Below, piece by piece: positions 27,523-34,930 of a stretch of DNA of 64,000 nt. The DNA comes from Escherichia phage BUCT632. A program made the translations under genes and the position numbers. The notes under the pieces were generated by a model that was given only the letters and a program-made list of their open reading frames with translations, was not told where the DNA came from and ran no database searches. How positions within the stretch are numbered: the stretch's first letter is position 1; every line of letters begins with the position of its first letter. Where the stretch lies: sequence record PQ488502.1. The stretch is one strand, 5' to 3'.

Positions 27523-27708
27523 ATGTCCAAGAATGTAATTGCACAGTTAGAAGTTCATCGTGATAGCACTATCAACAATATTGAAGTTGAGAAGAAATAC
27601 ATCGAAGAACTTAAACATGATATACTAGTAAGTCTTAATCGTCTTAATGTACGAAAAGAGTTTCTTAAAGAACTTAATGCAGCTATTGAAAAACTCAAAG
27701 CTGAGTAA
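27523..27708 (+). CDS. hypothetical protein
   Basis: 61 aa charged ORF. Confidence 0.4.
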   Translation: MSKNVIAQLEVHRDSTINNIEVEKKYIEELKHDILVSLNRLNVRKEFLKELNAAIEKLKAE

Positions 27709-27717
27709 ATGAATTAT

Positions 27718-27791
27718 GCGACCGGGGCTGGCTTGGTAATGGTACTCCCCTGTCACGGGAGGGAATGTGGGTTCAAATCCCATCGGTCGCG
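27718..27791 (+). tRNA. tRNA-Asp(GTC)
   Basis: acceptor GCGACCG/CGGTCGC, anticodon arm CTCCC-CTGTCAC-GGGAG, T-loop TTCAAAT, CCA encoded. Confidence 0.8.
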
Positions 27792-27820
27792 CCAAACTAA
27801 ACTAGCACGAGAAAAATGCT

Positions 27821-28168
27821 ATGATTAATGCTAAAGAAGAATTGTTACTTGCCCTAAAGAATACTAATTCTGAAGTTAAGTGTATTAAGATAGAATTCGG
27901 TTATTATGGGGACAAAGAAGTTTGGGTATTACCCGTAGGTTATACAGAAAAAGATATTGAAGATTTTCTAAATAATCTAGACTTTAAATATGATTCTGGT
28001 TTCGGTGGACAATTGCTTTATGGTAACGTATGGTTTACTGATGGAACTTGGTTAGAACGTGGTGAATATGATGGTTCTGAATGGTGGGAGTATAAGACTA
28101 CACCAGCAATCCCTGAGGAATGCCGAACAATTAATGGTGAGGTAGATAATACTTTACGGTTAAACTAA
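27821..28168 (+). CDS. hypothetical protein
   Basis: 115 aa ORF. Confidence 0.5.
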   Translation: MINAKEELLLALKNTNSEVKCIKIEFGYYGDKEVWVLPVGYTEKDIEDFLNNLDFKYDSGFGGQLLYGNVWFTDGTWLERGEYDGSEWWEYKTTPAIPEECRTINGEVDNTLRLN

Positions 28169-28290
28169 TAAAATTTCAGTGCAGAACACGGAGCTAGCAA
28201 TTCGGAAGTGCTGACTCATGATAAGCTGCCTATGTACTTGCGAAGCGGTCGTGTCCAAGACTCGGACTCTTGCACTGAAAACAATCAAAC

Positions 28291-28411
28291 ATTCTAGCGT
28301 GGTTGATGGGGAAACCAGCTTGGCGAGGGCAGAAGCTCGTTCGATTCGAGTGAAAGAATGGTTCTCGTAAGTCCGCACAAGTGATAACAGGTTCGAGTCC
28401 TGTCTAGAATG
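28291..28411 (+). ncRNA. oversized tRNA-like RNA (~121 nt) with two T-arm-like hairpins
   Basis: complementary acceptor strands ATTCTAG/CTAGAAT, D arm TGGT-TGATGGGGAA-ACCA, hairpins CTCG-TTCGATT-CGAG and ACAGG-TTCGAGT-CCTGT; too long for a canonical tRNA. Confidence 0.35.
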
Positions 28412-28559
28412 ACACTATAAAGTTTACTTATTATGTAGGTTCCGGTAGATCGGCGGGTCTATTCTGGCATTTAAGAGGGGTCTCGCAAACTTCTTTGTCA
28501 GCCGTGGGGTTGGTAGCCTCCAGGCGGCCTACACAATAAGTAAATTTATTAAAAATTCA

Positions 28560-28588
28560 TTTGCTATTCTGCTTAATTCTCTGTATAA
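28560..28588 (+). promoter_or_regulatory. T5-type early promoter cassette
   Basis: AAAAATTCATTTGCTA..17..TATAAT. Confidence 0.6.
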
Positions 28589-28621
28589 TATATTTTATAA
28601 AGTGAAGAGAAGGAAAGCAAA

Positions 28622-28780
28622 ATGAAACACAAGATAGCTCAAGTTTTTATGGCATTATGGTGTATGCCAATAGCTGTAACAGCTTTTAATCTAGATACTT
28701 TTACTATAGAAGAAAAATGTATCGGATTAGTTAGCGGCTTTAGTATGCTTGGCTTATCTTTGTTGTGGTTGAAGAAATAA
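28622..28780 (+). CDS. hypothetical small membrane protein
   Basis: 52 aa hydrophobic ORF after GAAGGAAAG RBS. Confidence 0.35.
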   Translation: MKHKIAQVFMALWCMPIAVTAFNLDTFTIEEKCIGLVSGFSMLGLSLLWLKK

Positions 28781-28784
28781 TATT

Positions 28785-28859
28785 CTCCGTGTAGCTCAGT
28801 TTGGCCAGAGCGTTTCGTTTGGGGCGATAGGGTCGGGGGTTCAAATCCTCCCACGGAGA
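28785..28859 (+). tRNA. tRNA-Pro(TGG)
   Basis: acceptor CTCCGTG/CACGGAG, D arm GCTC/GAGC, anticodon loop TTTGGGG, T-loop TTCAAAT, CCA encoded. Confidence 0.65.
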
Positions 28860-28868
28860 CCAAACAAT

Positions 28869-28943
28869 TGCGGGTTAGATCTCTGGTAGAGATCGCTAGT
28901 CTCATAAGCTAGAAAGAGGTAGGTTCGATTCCTGCACCCGCTT
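28869..28943 (+). tRNA. tRNA(CAT) Met or Ile2
   Basis: D arm GATC/GATC, anticodon arm CTAGT-CTCATAA-GCTAG, T-loop TTCGATT, CCA encoded; position 1-72 mismatch. Confidence 0.65.
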
Positions 28944-28965
28944 CCATTTTAATAGGGGATTTCGA

Positions 28966-29133
28966 AATGAAAGTATTTCGATTAGTAGTAAGTGACAAAC
29001 GTTTAGGTAAGAATACCTCAAAATCATTACTTGCTCATTATGGTAAAAATTGGGATGAAGTAATGGTAGAGTTTAATACTAATCACCCTTACTTGAAAGT
29101 TCACTCTATTAAAGAAGTATACAATGGTTACTA
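28966..29133 (+). CDS. hypothetical small protein
   Basis: 55 aa ORF between tRNAs. Confidence 0.35.
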
Positions 29134-29134
29134 A

Positions 29135-29210
29135 TAGATCGCTAGCTCAATAGGTTTAGTAGCATCCGACTTTTAATCGGAAGGTTCTGGGTTCGAGTCC
29201 CAGGCGATCT
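29135..29210 (+). tRNA. tRNA-Lys(TTT)
   Basis: acceptor AGATCGC/GCGATCT, anticodon arm TCCGA-CTTTTAA-TCGGA, T-loop TTCGAGT, CCA encoded. Confidence 0.75.
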
Positions 29211-29232
29211 ACCAATTTCAAGAAAAACGCAG

Positions 29233-29261
29233 TTGCTTGATGCTTAATTTCTTGTTATAAT
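29233..29261 (+). promoter_or_regulatory. T5-type early promoter cassette without ORF
   Basis: TTGCTT-17-TATAAT; cassette RBS GAGGAG lies in hairpin GATGAGGA-GAAA-TCCTCATC and no ATG follows. Confidence 0.55.
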
Positions 29262-29284
29262 ATTTATATAAATTGATGAGGAGA

Positions 29285-29499
29285 AATCCTCATCATAGTT
29301 CACTAAGGTATTAGCTCGACCTAGGACTGGCTGCCAAAAAGCACGATCCCCATGATTCGGGAGAAGTTCTAGATTGGTCCACTAGATTCAGCGGCAACTG
29401 AATAGTGTATTGGGTTTGCGAGATGACGCAGTTCCTTCCGCTCGAAGCGAAGGTGCTGTAGTTACGCCGAGCTAATAGCCTTAGTAAACTAAAGAATTT
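29285..29499 (+). ncRNA. putative structured leader/noncoding RNA upstream of tRNA-Ala
   Basis: ~215 nt promoter-proximal, no plus-strand ORF, several hairpins (e.g. TTCAGCGGCAACTGAA, CCTTCCGCTCGAAGCGAAGG). Confidence 0.3.
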
Positions 29500-29575
29500 G
29501 GGGAATGGGTCTGCATGGAGTGGACACCTCGCTTGCACCGAGGACATCAGAACGGTTCGATTCCGTTATTCTCCA
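29500..29575 (+). tRNA. tRNA-Ala(TGC)
   Basis: acceptor GGGGAAT/ATTCTCC, D arm GTCT/GGAC, anticodon arm CCTCG-CTTGCAC-CGAGG, T-loop TTCGATT, CCA encoded. Confidence 0.75.
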
Positions 29576-29583
29576 CCAAATAC

Positions 29584-29657
29584 GCGTGATTGATGGAATT
29601 GGCATACATACCGTCCTTAGAAGTCGGGTTTTGAGGGTTCGAATCCCTTGTCACGCA
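29584..29657 (+). tRNA. tRNA-Leu(TAG), short variable arm
   Basis: acceptor GCGTGAT/GTCACGC, anticodon loop CTTAGAA, T-loop TTCGAAT, CCA encoded. Confidence 0.6.
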
Positions 29658-29691
29658 CCAAATTTGATGGTCAGAGTAAATTAAACCTACT

Positions 29692-29736
29692 ATCTCGGTT
29701 GAGCTGTTTTAATGGGTTCGAATCCCAGCGAGGCGT
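29692..29736 (+). ncRNA. tRNA minihelix-like element (acceptor + T arm only)
   Basis: T arm TGGG-TTCGAAT-CCCA flanked by partly complementary TCTCGGT / AGCGAGG; no D or anticodon arm. Confidence 0.2.
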
Positions 29737-29772
29737 AACTGCCTGGTGTGATAGAGGCATCATCTTATTATT

Positions 29773-29860
29773 GGAAGAGCAAATCGAATTGGCGACGAAA
29801 ACCGCTTGGAAAGTGGCTGACTGGTAAAACGGCTTGAGAGTTCAAATCTCTCCTCTTCCG
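29773..29860 (+). tRNA. tRNA-Ser(GGA)
   Basis: acceptor GGAAGAG/CTCTTCC, anticodon loop TTGGAAA, 18-nt variable arm, T-loop TTCAAAT, CCA encoded. Confidence 0.7.
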
Positions 29861-29882
29861 CCAAACACTTGAGGTAATAATA

Positions 29883-30230
29883 ATGCTAGCAAAAGATAAA
29901 GCTCTAGAGTTTTTAGCATCTTTAGATGAAGATAAGATTATAGATGCTGCTGAAAAAGCTGGAATGCCAGATTTAACATATCTGGAACGTGCTATTATTG
30001 CTCGTGATAAACTACAGAAAGAGTTTGCTATTGCTCAGGAGGAGTTTTATACTCGCTATAACGCTCTTACTAAGCAAATTGAAAATGAGTGTTCTCATAC
30101 TTGGGGAGTAACAGAAAACCTAGGTAATGATCACGATGGCTGGTCTAAAGTAAAAATTACCTACTACCATCGTAGGACTTGTAAAATTTGTGGAAAAGTA
30201 GAAAACTTCACTAGTACGAGTGACTATTAG
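29883..30230 (+). CDS. hypothetical protein
   Basis: 115 aa ORF with C-terminal CxxC. Confidence 0.5.
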   Translation: MLAKDKALEFLASLDEDKIIDAAEKAGMPDLTYLERAIIARDKLQKEFAIAQEEFYTRYNALTKQIENECSHTWGVTENLGNDHDGWSKVKITYYHRRTCKICGKVENFTSTSDY

Positions 30231-30243
30231 TATAATAAATACT

Positions 30244-30330
30244 AGAAGATAGGACGTAGTGGTATGTAACTGGTCTTGAAAACCAGCCCGCTGTAGTGAT
30301 ACGGTGATGGTTCGACTCCATTATCTTCTG
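30244..30330 (+). tRNA. tRNA-Ser(TGA)
   Basis: acceptor AGAAGAT/ATCTTCT, anticodon arm CTGGT-CTTGAAA-ACCAG, 19-nt variable arm, T-loop TTCGACT, CCA encoded. Confidence 0.75.
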
Positions 30331-30353
30331 CCAATTAACTATAAGGAAATCTT

Positions 30354-30527
30354 ATGAGCAAAACAGTTACTGTAACAATGAAGGATGGTAAAAAATTTAA
30401 AGCATGTCTTCATGAAACAGATAAGGGATGGATGGCTTATTTGCCACACCTAGATTCCACCGGGTACGGAATGACCCAACGTGAAGCTATTGTTGATGCT
30501 TTAAATGAGGCTTCTGCTGGTTTATAA
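30354..30527 (+). CDS. hypothetical small protein
   Basis: 57 aa ORF after AAGGAAA RBS. Confidence 0.4.
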   Translation: MSKTVTVTMKDGKKFKACLHETDKGWMAYLPHLDSTGYGMTQREAIVDALNEASAGL

Positions 30528-30541
30528 AAATTCTTGAAGTA

Positions 30542-30666
30542 TGCCGGAATTGGTAGACGGGGCTGCCTAAAAGGTTTATAGAGAACATCCACTCTCTACA
30601 ACATACCTCATAAAGCGGCTGAGATAAATGGTCTATCTCGTGAAGGTTCAAGTCCTTCTGCTTCTT
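30542..30666 (+). ncRNA. tRNA-like RNA with Leu-type D arm and distal T arm
   Basis: D-arm signature CCGGAATTGGTAGACGG and T arm GAAGG-TTCAAGT-CCTTC ~100 nt apart; internal hairpins; no complementary acceptor found. Confidence 0.25.
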
Positions 30667-30782
30667 GATACATCTATGGCTCAAAGTGTAACGGTGCTAT
30701 TTGATGCTCTTAGTAAGACTTCCCCGACATGCGTTCGGGAGTAAGCTGCTAAGGCTAGAGTAGAAGAGTTTCTGAGAGCCGC

Positions 30783-30895
30783 CACAATTGAAAATTCGTA
30801 CTCGTCTTGAGCTGCGTGCAATAGGAGATAACTTGATTAGTATTCTAGAACATGCTAATTGAGGAAGGTTTCGCTAACCCTGCGAGTTTTCAATT
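30783..30895 (+). repeat. 13-bp inverted repeat pair abutting the tRNA-His 5' end
   Basis: CCACAATTGAAAA (30783-30795) is the exact reverse complement of TTTTCAATTGTGG (30883-30895). Confidence 0.6.
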
Positions 30896-30969
30896 GTGGC
30901 TATATTATAATTGGTTAATGATCCTGATTGTGAATCAGGCCTATGTGGATTCGAATTCCACTAGCCACC
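30896..30969 (+). tRNA. tRNA-His(GTG)
   Basis: acceptor GTGGCTA/TAGCCAC, discriminator C, anticodon arm CCTGA-TTGTGAA-TCAGG, T-loop TTCGAAT, CCA encoded. Confidence 0.8.
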
Positions 30970-30997
30970 CCAAATTAACTTAAATAGGAAATAAAAT

Positions 30998-31198
30998 ATG
31001 GCTGATTTCTGCAAACAATGCTCTATTGATATGTGGGGTAAAGATACTGGTGATCTTTCTGGTTTGATTACAGAAGCTGAAGTTAAAGAAGGTTACGGTG
31101 CTGTTGTGCTTTGCGAGGGATGCGGAGTTATTCGTGTAGATCATGAAGGCAAACGTCTAGAAGAACCAGAACCAATAGCCACGGTTCCTGTAGAGTAA
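30998..31198 (+). CDS. zinc-ribbon small protein
   Basis: 66 aa with CKQC...CEGC pairs. Confidence 0.5.
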   Translation: MADFCKQCSIDMWGKDTGDLSGLITEAEVKEGYGAVVLCEGCGVIRVDHEGKRLEEPEPIATVPVE

Positions 31199-31206
31199 AG
31201 AATTAT

Positions 31207-31279
31207 TGGAGTGTAGATCAATTGGCAGATCGTCGGCCTCTGACTCCGAAGGTTCCTGGTTCGATCCCAGGCACTCCAG
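31207..31279 (+). tRNA. tRNA-Gln(CTG)
   Basis: acceptor TGGAGTG/CACTCCA, D arm GATC/GATC, anticodon loop CTCTGAC, T-loop TTCGATC, CCA encoded. Confidence 0.7.
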
Positions 31280-31288
31280 CCAAACAAT

Positions 31289-31361
31289 TGGAGAGTAGTG
31301 TAACGGTTAGCACAACGGCCTTTGACCCCGTTAATGGTAGGTTCGATTCCTCCTTCTCCAG
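31289..31361 (+). tRNA. tRNA-Gln(TTG)
   Basis: acceptor TGGAGAG/TTCTCCA, anticodon loop CTTTGAC, T-loop TTCGATT, CCA encoded. Confidence 0.65.
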
Positions 31362-31372
31362 CCAAATAATAA

Positions 31373-31452
31373 GCGGTTAAGCACACGGGTTGTGTCGCAG
31401 GCCTTCCAAGCCTCGCTGAGTAGGGTTCGATTCCCTCTAGCCGCTCCAACTT
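31373..31452 (+). tRNA. tRNA-Gly(TCC)
   Basis: acceptor GCGGTTA/TAGCCGC, anticodon arm AGGC-CTTCCAA-GCCT, T-loop TTCGATT, CCA encoded. Confidence 0.6.
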
Positions 31453-31464
31453 TAAGGAAACATT

Positions 31465-31716
31465 ATGCACGTTTTTGAGTTTCGTAATAAAAGTACCGAT
31501 AAACGAGTTATTGTTATTGGAGAAACATACCGAGCATACGAACAAACTGACGGCTCTGTTATCCTGAATGATGAGAAAGGAGGTTTTAGCTTTTATCCAG
31601 AAGAACCTTATGAAGAGTTTCGAAAACAATTTAACCTAGACTGGAGAAAGCATTTAAACACTGTTGCTTCATCCGTAGTATTGCCAACTACCAGTACTGT
31701 ACTCTCTAATGGCTGA
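31465..31716 (+). CDS. hypothetical protein
   Basis: 83 aa ORF. Confidence 0.5.
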   Translation: MHVFEFRNKSTDKRVIVIGETYRAYEQTDGSVILNDEKGGFSFYPEEPYEEFRKQFNLDWRKHLNTVASSVVLPTTSTVLSNG

Positions 31717-31873
31717 TAACCTAAAAGTCAAGATCGATAAACAAAAGAAACGTGTAGAAGTAGAGATTGGTGAAGAACGTGTAGCCTTCACCTTTGAATT
31801 TCTACAACAAATGGCAATGACAGTTATGACTGACAAGTCTCTTGTTATTGAAAAAGAAATCCCGTTGAAATAA
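31709..31873 (+). CDS. hypothetical small protein
   Basis: 54 aa ORF overlapping upstream stop. Confidence 0.3.
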   Translation: MADNLKVKIDKQKKRVEVEIGEERVAFTFEFLQQMAMTVMTDKSLVIEKEIPLK

Positions 31874-31882
31874 CGGGTTTTT
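31857..31882 (+). terminator. rho-independent terminator
   Basis: CCCGTT-GAAATA-ACGGG hairpin plus TTTTT. Confidence 0.55.
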
Positions 31883-31954
31883 GCTCCTAAAGCATTGTTG
31901 GCGATGCAGTTGCCTTGTAAGCATCTGAACCGGGTTCGATTCCTGGTGGGAGCA
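31883..31954 (+). tRNA. tRNA-Thr(TGT)
   Basis: acceptor GCTCCTA/TGGGAGC, D arm GCAT/ATGC, anticodon loop CTTGTAA, T-loop TTCGATT, CCA encoded. Confidence 0.75.
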
Positions 31955-31972
31955 CCAAATTTAAAAATTCAT

Positions 31973-32001
31973 TTGCTTTCTCTCTTATTTCTTGTTATAA
32001 T
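31973..32001 (+). promoter_or_regulatory. T5-type early promoter cassette
   Basis: AAAAATTCATTTGCTT..17..TATAAT. Confidence 0.6.
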
Positions 32002-32031
32002 ACTTGTATAAATTAACGAGAGGGAAACCAA

Positions 32032-32325
32032 ATGAAACGTTATCTTTCTGTTATGTTCCAAACTGGTGGTCAACGCTATACCTATGAATTTCCTAGCTCT
32101 TGGAAAATCAAAGAAGGTGATCAAGTAGTTGTACTAACACCGCGTGATGGGTACAAGGTAGTAACGGTTAAGCAAGTCTTTCCAAAAGATTATACGCCAT
32201 CTAAGTCTATTAATTATAAGATGATTCATGGTGTAGTTCGTCAAGTACCCCGAGTGGACATCGAGGTCAAAGTAGATAAAGATGGTAAACTTAAATATAC
32301 CTCTTGCTTAGACGAGTTGCTATAA
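32032..32325 (+). CDS. hypothetical protein
   Basis: 97 aa ORF after cassette RBS. Confidence 0.5.
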   Translation: MKRYLSVMFQTGGQRYTYEFPSSWKIKEGDQVVVLTPRDGYKVVTVKQVFPKDYTPSKSINYKMIHGVVRQVPRVDIEVKVDKDGKLKYTSCLDELL

Positions 32326-32531
32326 TGAGAATTACTTTCACAGAAAAGATTATGGGTGATGGTGTTATGATCATTACCGCATGGGATGGTAATCAGTGGT
32401 GTAGTGTTTCAGGTATTAAGCCTGAAGAACAAACACTAGAAAATATCTCAAAGATTAAGCGAAGAATGGCAGAACGTGCACGACTTCCAGGTGCGCCTAG
32501 AAATGGTAAACGTTCTGCAATTAAATGTTAA
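32325..32531 (+). CDS. hypothetical protein
   Basis: ORF starting MRITFTEK, start overlapping upstream stop. Confidence 0.45.
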   Translation: MRITFTEKIMGDGVMIITAWDGNQWCSVSGIKPEEQTLENISKIKRRMAERARLPGAPRNGKRSAIKC

Positions 32532-32532
32532 T

Positions 32533-32606
32533 GCTTCGGTAGCTTAGCGATCTAAAGCACTCGGCTGATAACCGAGAGATCGGGGGTTTAAATCCCTCCC
32601 GGAGTA
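32533..32606 (+). tRNA. tRNA-Ile(GAT)
   Basis: acceptor GCTTCGG/CCGGAGT, D arm GCTT/AAGC, anticodon arm CTCGG-CTGATAA-CCGAG, unusual T-loop TTTAAAT, CCA encoded. Confidence 0.7.
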
Positions 32607-32705
32607 CCAAATTTAGGAATTAAGACTATGCGTCCAGGAAAGTTTAAAAAAGCTAATTGGTCTAAAGAGTATAAAGAATACTTACTTAGTCTAATAAAAC
32701 ATAAT

Positions 32706-32778
32706 AGTTAGTTGGCAGAGTGGTTATGCACCTCCTTCATACGGAGCGACTACAGTGGTTCAAATCCACTACTAACTA
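32706..32778 (+). tRNA. tRNA(CAT) Met or Ile2
   Basis: acceptor AGTTAGT/ACTAACT, anticodon loop TTCATAC, T-loop TTCAAAT, CCA encoded. Confidence 0.65.
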
Positions 32779-32818
32779 CCATTAAAATAGCTAGAGATAG
32801 CTAAATTTAGGAGCAGCT

Positions 32819-33013
32819 ATGTTAACAATTAAAATAATGTCAGCCAAGAATGGGGAACAGATTCATACAGGCAAAAGTGTAAGCTTTAATCCTAGAAATA
32901 AAAGATTGGCTATAGTTGGAGTAGATCAAGCCATCTTTTTAAAAGAAGATGAAGTAGCATATGTCATGAACCAAACTGGTAAGACAGTTTCCGTATACTA
33001 TGGAAAAGTATAA
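32819..33013 (+). CDS. hypothetical protein
   Basis: 64 aa ORF. Confidence 0.45.
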   Translation: MLTIKIMSAKNGEQIHTGKSVSFNPRNKRLAIVGVDQAIFLKEDEVAYVMNQTGKTVSVYYGKV

Positions 33014-33055
33014 AGAATAAATAGCTGAGCCAAATTCTAACATCGGGGAGATCTA

Positions 33056-33424
33056 ATGAAAGCATATCAAAATCTTAAATCTGGCGTAATTAACCTTGTT
33101 CATGAAAATCAGATTATTCAGCTATACTCCGACAATGGTGAACTTAAACAGAAAGTTCTAGTTGAAGATCTAGAAGGTATCACACCACAATTCGATCCCG
33201 AAGCCTTCCGTGAAGTCAAAGTGGAAGTCGCTCCTCAAATCGAAGGTGGTCAGCACCTAAATGTCAATGTATTAAGCCGTGATCAGCTTTTGGATGCGCA
33301 GAAACATCCTGAAAAATATCCTCAGCTGACAATCCGTGTCTCTGGCTATGCTGTTCGATTTAATGCATTGACGCGTGAACAACAGAACGACGTTATTAGT
33401 CGTACATTTACTCAGGCGATGTAA
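33056..33424 (+). CDS. hypothetical protein
   Basis: 122 aa ORF. Confidence 0.5.
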   Translation: MKAYQNLKSGVINLVHENQIIQLYSDNGELKQKVLVEDLEGITPQFDPEAFREVKVEVAPQIEGGQHLNVNVLSRDQLLDAQKHPEKYPQLTIRVSGYAVRFNALTREQQNDVISRTFTQAM

Positions 33425-33505
33425 TGGGGTTTGGATACGGTTTCTCCGAACTACGCAAGGTAGTCGAGCAAACTCCATTTATCTCCCAAGTTTTAGGAGA
33501 AATGT

Positions 33506-33811
33506 GTGGATCGAGCATTAAGACGCCATCACCGGCAACGTGTGAAAAACAACCGCAAGAAGTATTGGACAGTCTTCCCACATGAAGAAAGTCCCAAGCG
33601 GTTAGGTATTGTCACTACTACTCCTTGCATCTGTTCTTGCTGGATGTGTGGGAACCCTCGCAAGTATTATAAGAATAGTAAAGCAGGCATGAAAACCTCG
33701 GAGATCCGGAAAATGGAAGCGATGATTGCGGACATCACCTATACTGGTGGTATTTCAAATGATGAATTTGATGGCTTCGTAGCGTTCGAAGATGAACGCC
33801 CCGATCTGTAA
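33506..33811 (+). CDS. Cys-cluster small protein
   Basis: 101 aa with CICSCWMCGNP motif. Confidence 0.5.
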   Translation: MDRALRRHHRQRVKNNRKKYWTVFPHEESPKRLGIVTTTPCICSCWMCGNPRKYYKNSKAGMKTSEIRKMEAMIADITYTGGISNDEFDGFVAFEDERPDL

Positions 33812-33820
33812 TTAATAACA

Positions 33821-33858
33821 AACCCCAGCTATTGAATAAGTAGTCTGGGGTTTTTCTG
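33821..33858 (+). terminator. rho-independent terminator
   Basis: AACCCCAG...CTGGGGTT hairpin plus TTTTCTG. Confidence 0.6.
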
Positions 33859-33932
33859 TATAAAGGTACATAATATATGTATAATAAAATCCATCCACAT
33901 TAGGTTAACTTAAAAGACTTAATGGAGGTAAT

Positions 33933-34280
33933 ATGAGCCGTACTTATCGTAGACAATCTGGGGATCAGTGGTGGAAGTCTAAAGAACAATTCTCTCAAGA
34001 ATATTCTTTCCTCAAAGAAAATGGCTACTGGATTCGTGTTATTTATGCTAAATCCTGGGATGATGTAGAGCAGGAAATGAAGGAAGCAACCATTCGTAAT
34101 GAGAAAAAGGATGGTTATAACTGGAATTCTATTAGTAAGAATGTTAAGTGGCATTCTAATAAAATGGTTCGTCAAGGGAATCGTCAAGAACTCCACCGCG
34201 TGATGAAAGATCCAGAAAATTATGACTATAATCGCGATCATGACATGCGTAAGCGTGGATTATGGTGGTGCTATGACTAA
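33933..34280 (+). CDS. hypothetical protein
   Basis: 115 aa Trp-rich basic ORF. Confidence 0.5.
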   Translation: MSRTYRRQSGDQWWKSKEQFSQEYSFLKENGYWIRVIYAKSWDDVEQEMKEATIRNEKKDGYNWNSISKNVKWHSNKMVRQGNRQELHRVMKDPENYDYNRDHDMRKRGLWWCYD

Positions 34281-34297
34281 TTTCTGAAATAATTCAT

Positions 34298-34326
34298 TTG
34301 CTAAACCTCTCTTTTCTTGCTATAAT
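34298..34326 (+). promoter_or_regulatory. T5-type early promoter cassette
   Basis: AATAATTCATTTGCTA..17..TATAAT. Confidence 0.6.
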
Positions 34327-34356
34327 ATGTTTATAAATTGATGAGAGAGGTTTGAA

Positions 34357-34638
34357 ATGAAAACTCGTCTAGACTGTGCTGTTCATGTTCTTGAACATGA
34401 TGTTGCAGGAACCTGTATGTCTTACCACGAAGCAGGTCGTTTAATTAAAGAACGTGTGGCAGATGTGTGCGGATTGAAGATTACTGCTGAGGAAGCTGAT
34501 GATCTTTTAGGCCAAGCACTGGAGAAAACCGAAATGTTTCTCTGCGATTCTTGTTCTTGGTGGTGTGAAGCTCACGAACGTTCTTTCAACGATTATGATG
34601 TATGTCGTGACTGTAGTGGGGAGGATGAAGATGAATAA
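34357..34638 (+). CDS. Cys-rich acidic small protein
   Basis: 93 aa with CDSCSWWC and CRDCSG motifs. Confidence 0.5.
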   Translation: MKTRLDCAVHVLEHDVAGTCMSYHEAGRLIKERVADVCGLKITAEEADDLLGQALEKTEMFLCDSCSWWCEAHERSFNDYDVCRDCSGEDEDE

Positions 34639-34930
34639 GTTTATTATTGCACTGGTGATCTCCGCAGTTAGTTTCGGTTCTCTGGCGTCTACCAAAGTTT
34701 CTATGAAAAATGGCAGTGTTAAAGTCCAACAGAACGGCATTATTACCGAGTATGGTAAAGTTCGTGATGTTAAGGAACGTAATGGTAAAGTAGAAATATA
34801 TACTAATAAAAACTTCTCTACTCCAGCCGTTACTATTAGCAAACGCGGTGAAATAACCACTCAACGTACTAATAGCTCCAGTTCTTTTACTTGTCGTTAT
34901 GATTGCGACTTTGAAGGTGAAGATGAATAA
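34630..34930 (+). CDS. secreted small protein
   Basis: signal-peptide-like N-terminus MNKFIIALVISAVSFGSLAS. Confidence 0.5.

Noticed and set aside
28160-29547. Minus-strand ORFs 28160..28378, 28639..28905 and 29311..29547
   Set aside because: They overlap plus-strand tRNA genes or tRNA-like structured RNA and show no RBS; interpreted as chance open frames in RNA-coding sequence.
31141-31629. 162-aa minus-strand ORF 31141..31629
   Set aside because: Runs antisense across three plus-strand tRNA genes (Gln, Gln, Gly); its translation contains tRNA-derived motifs; spurious.
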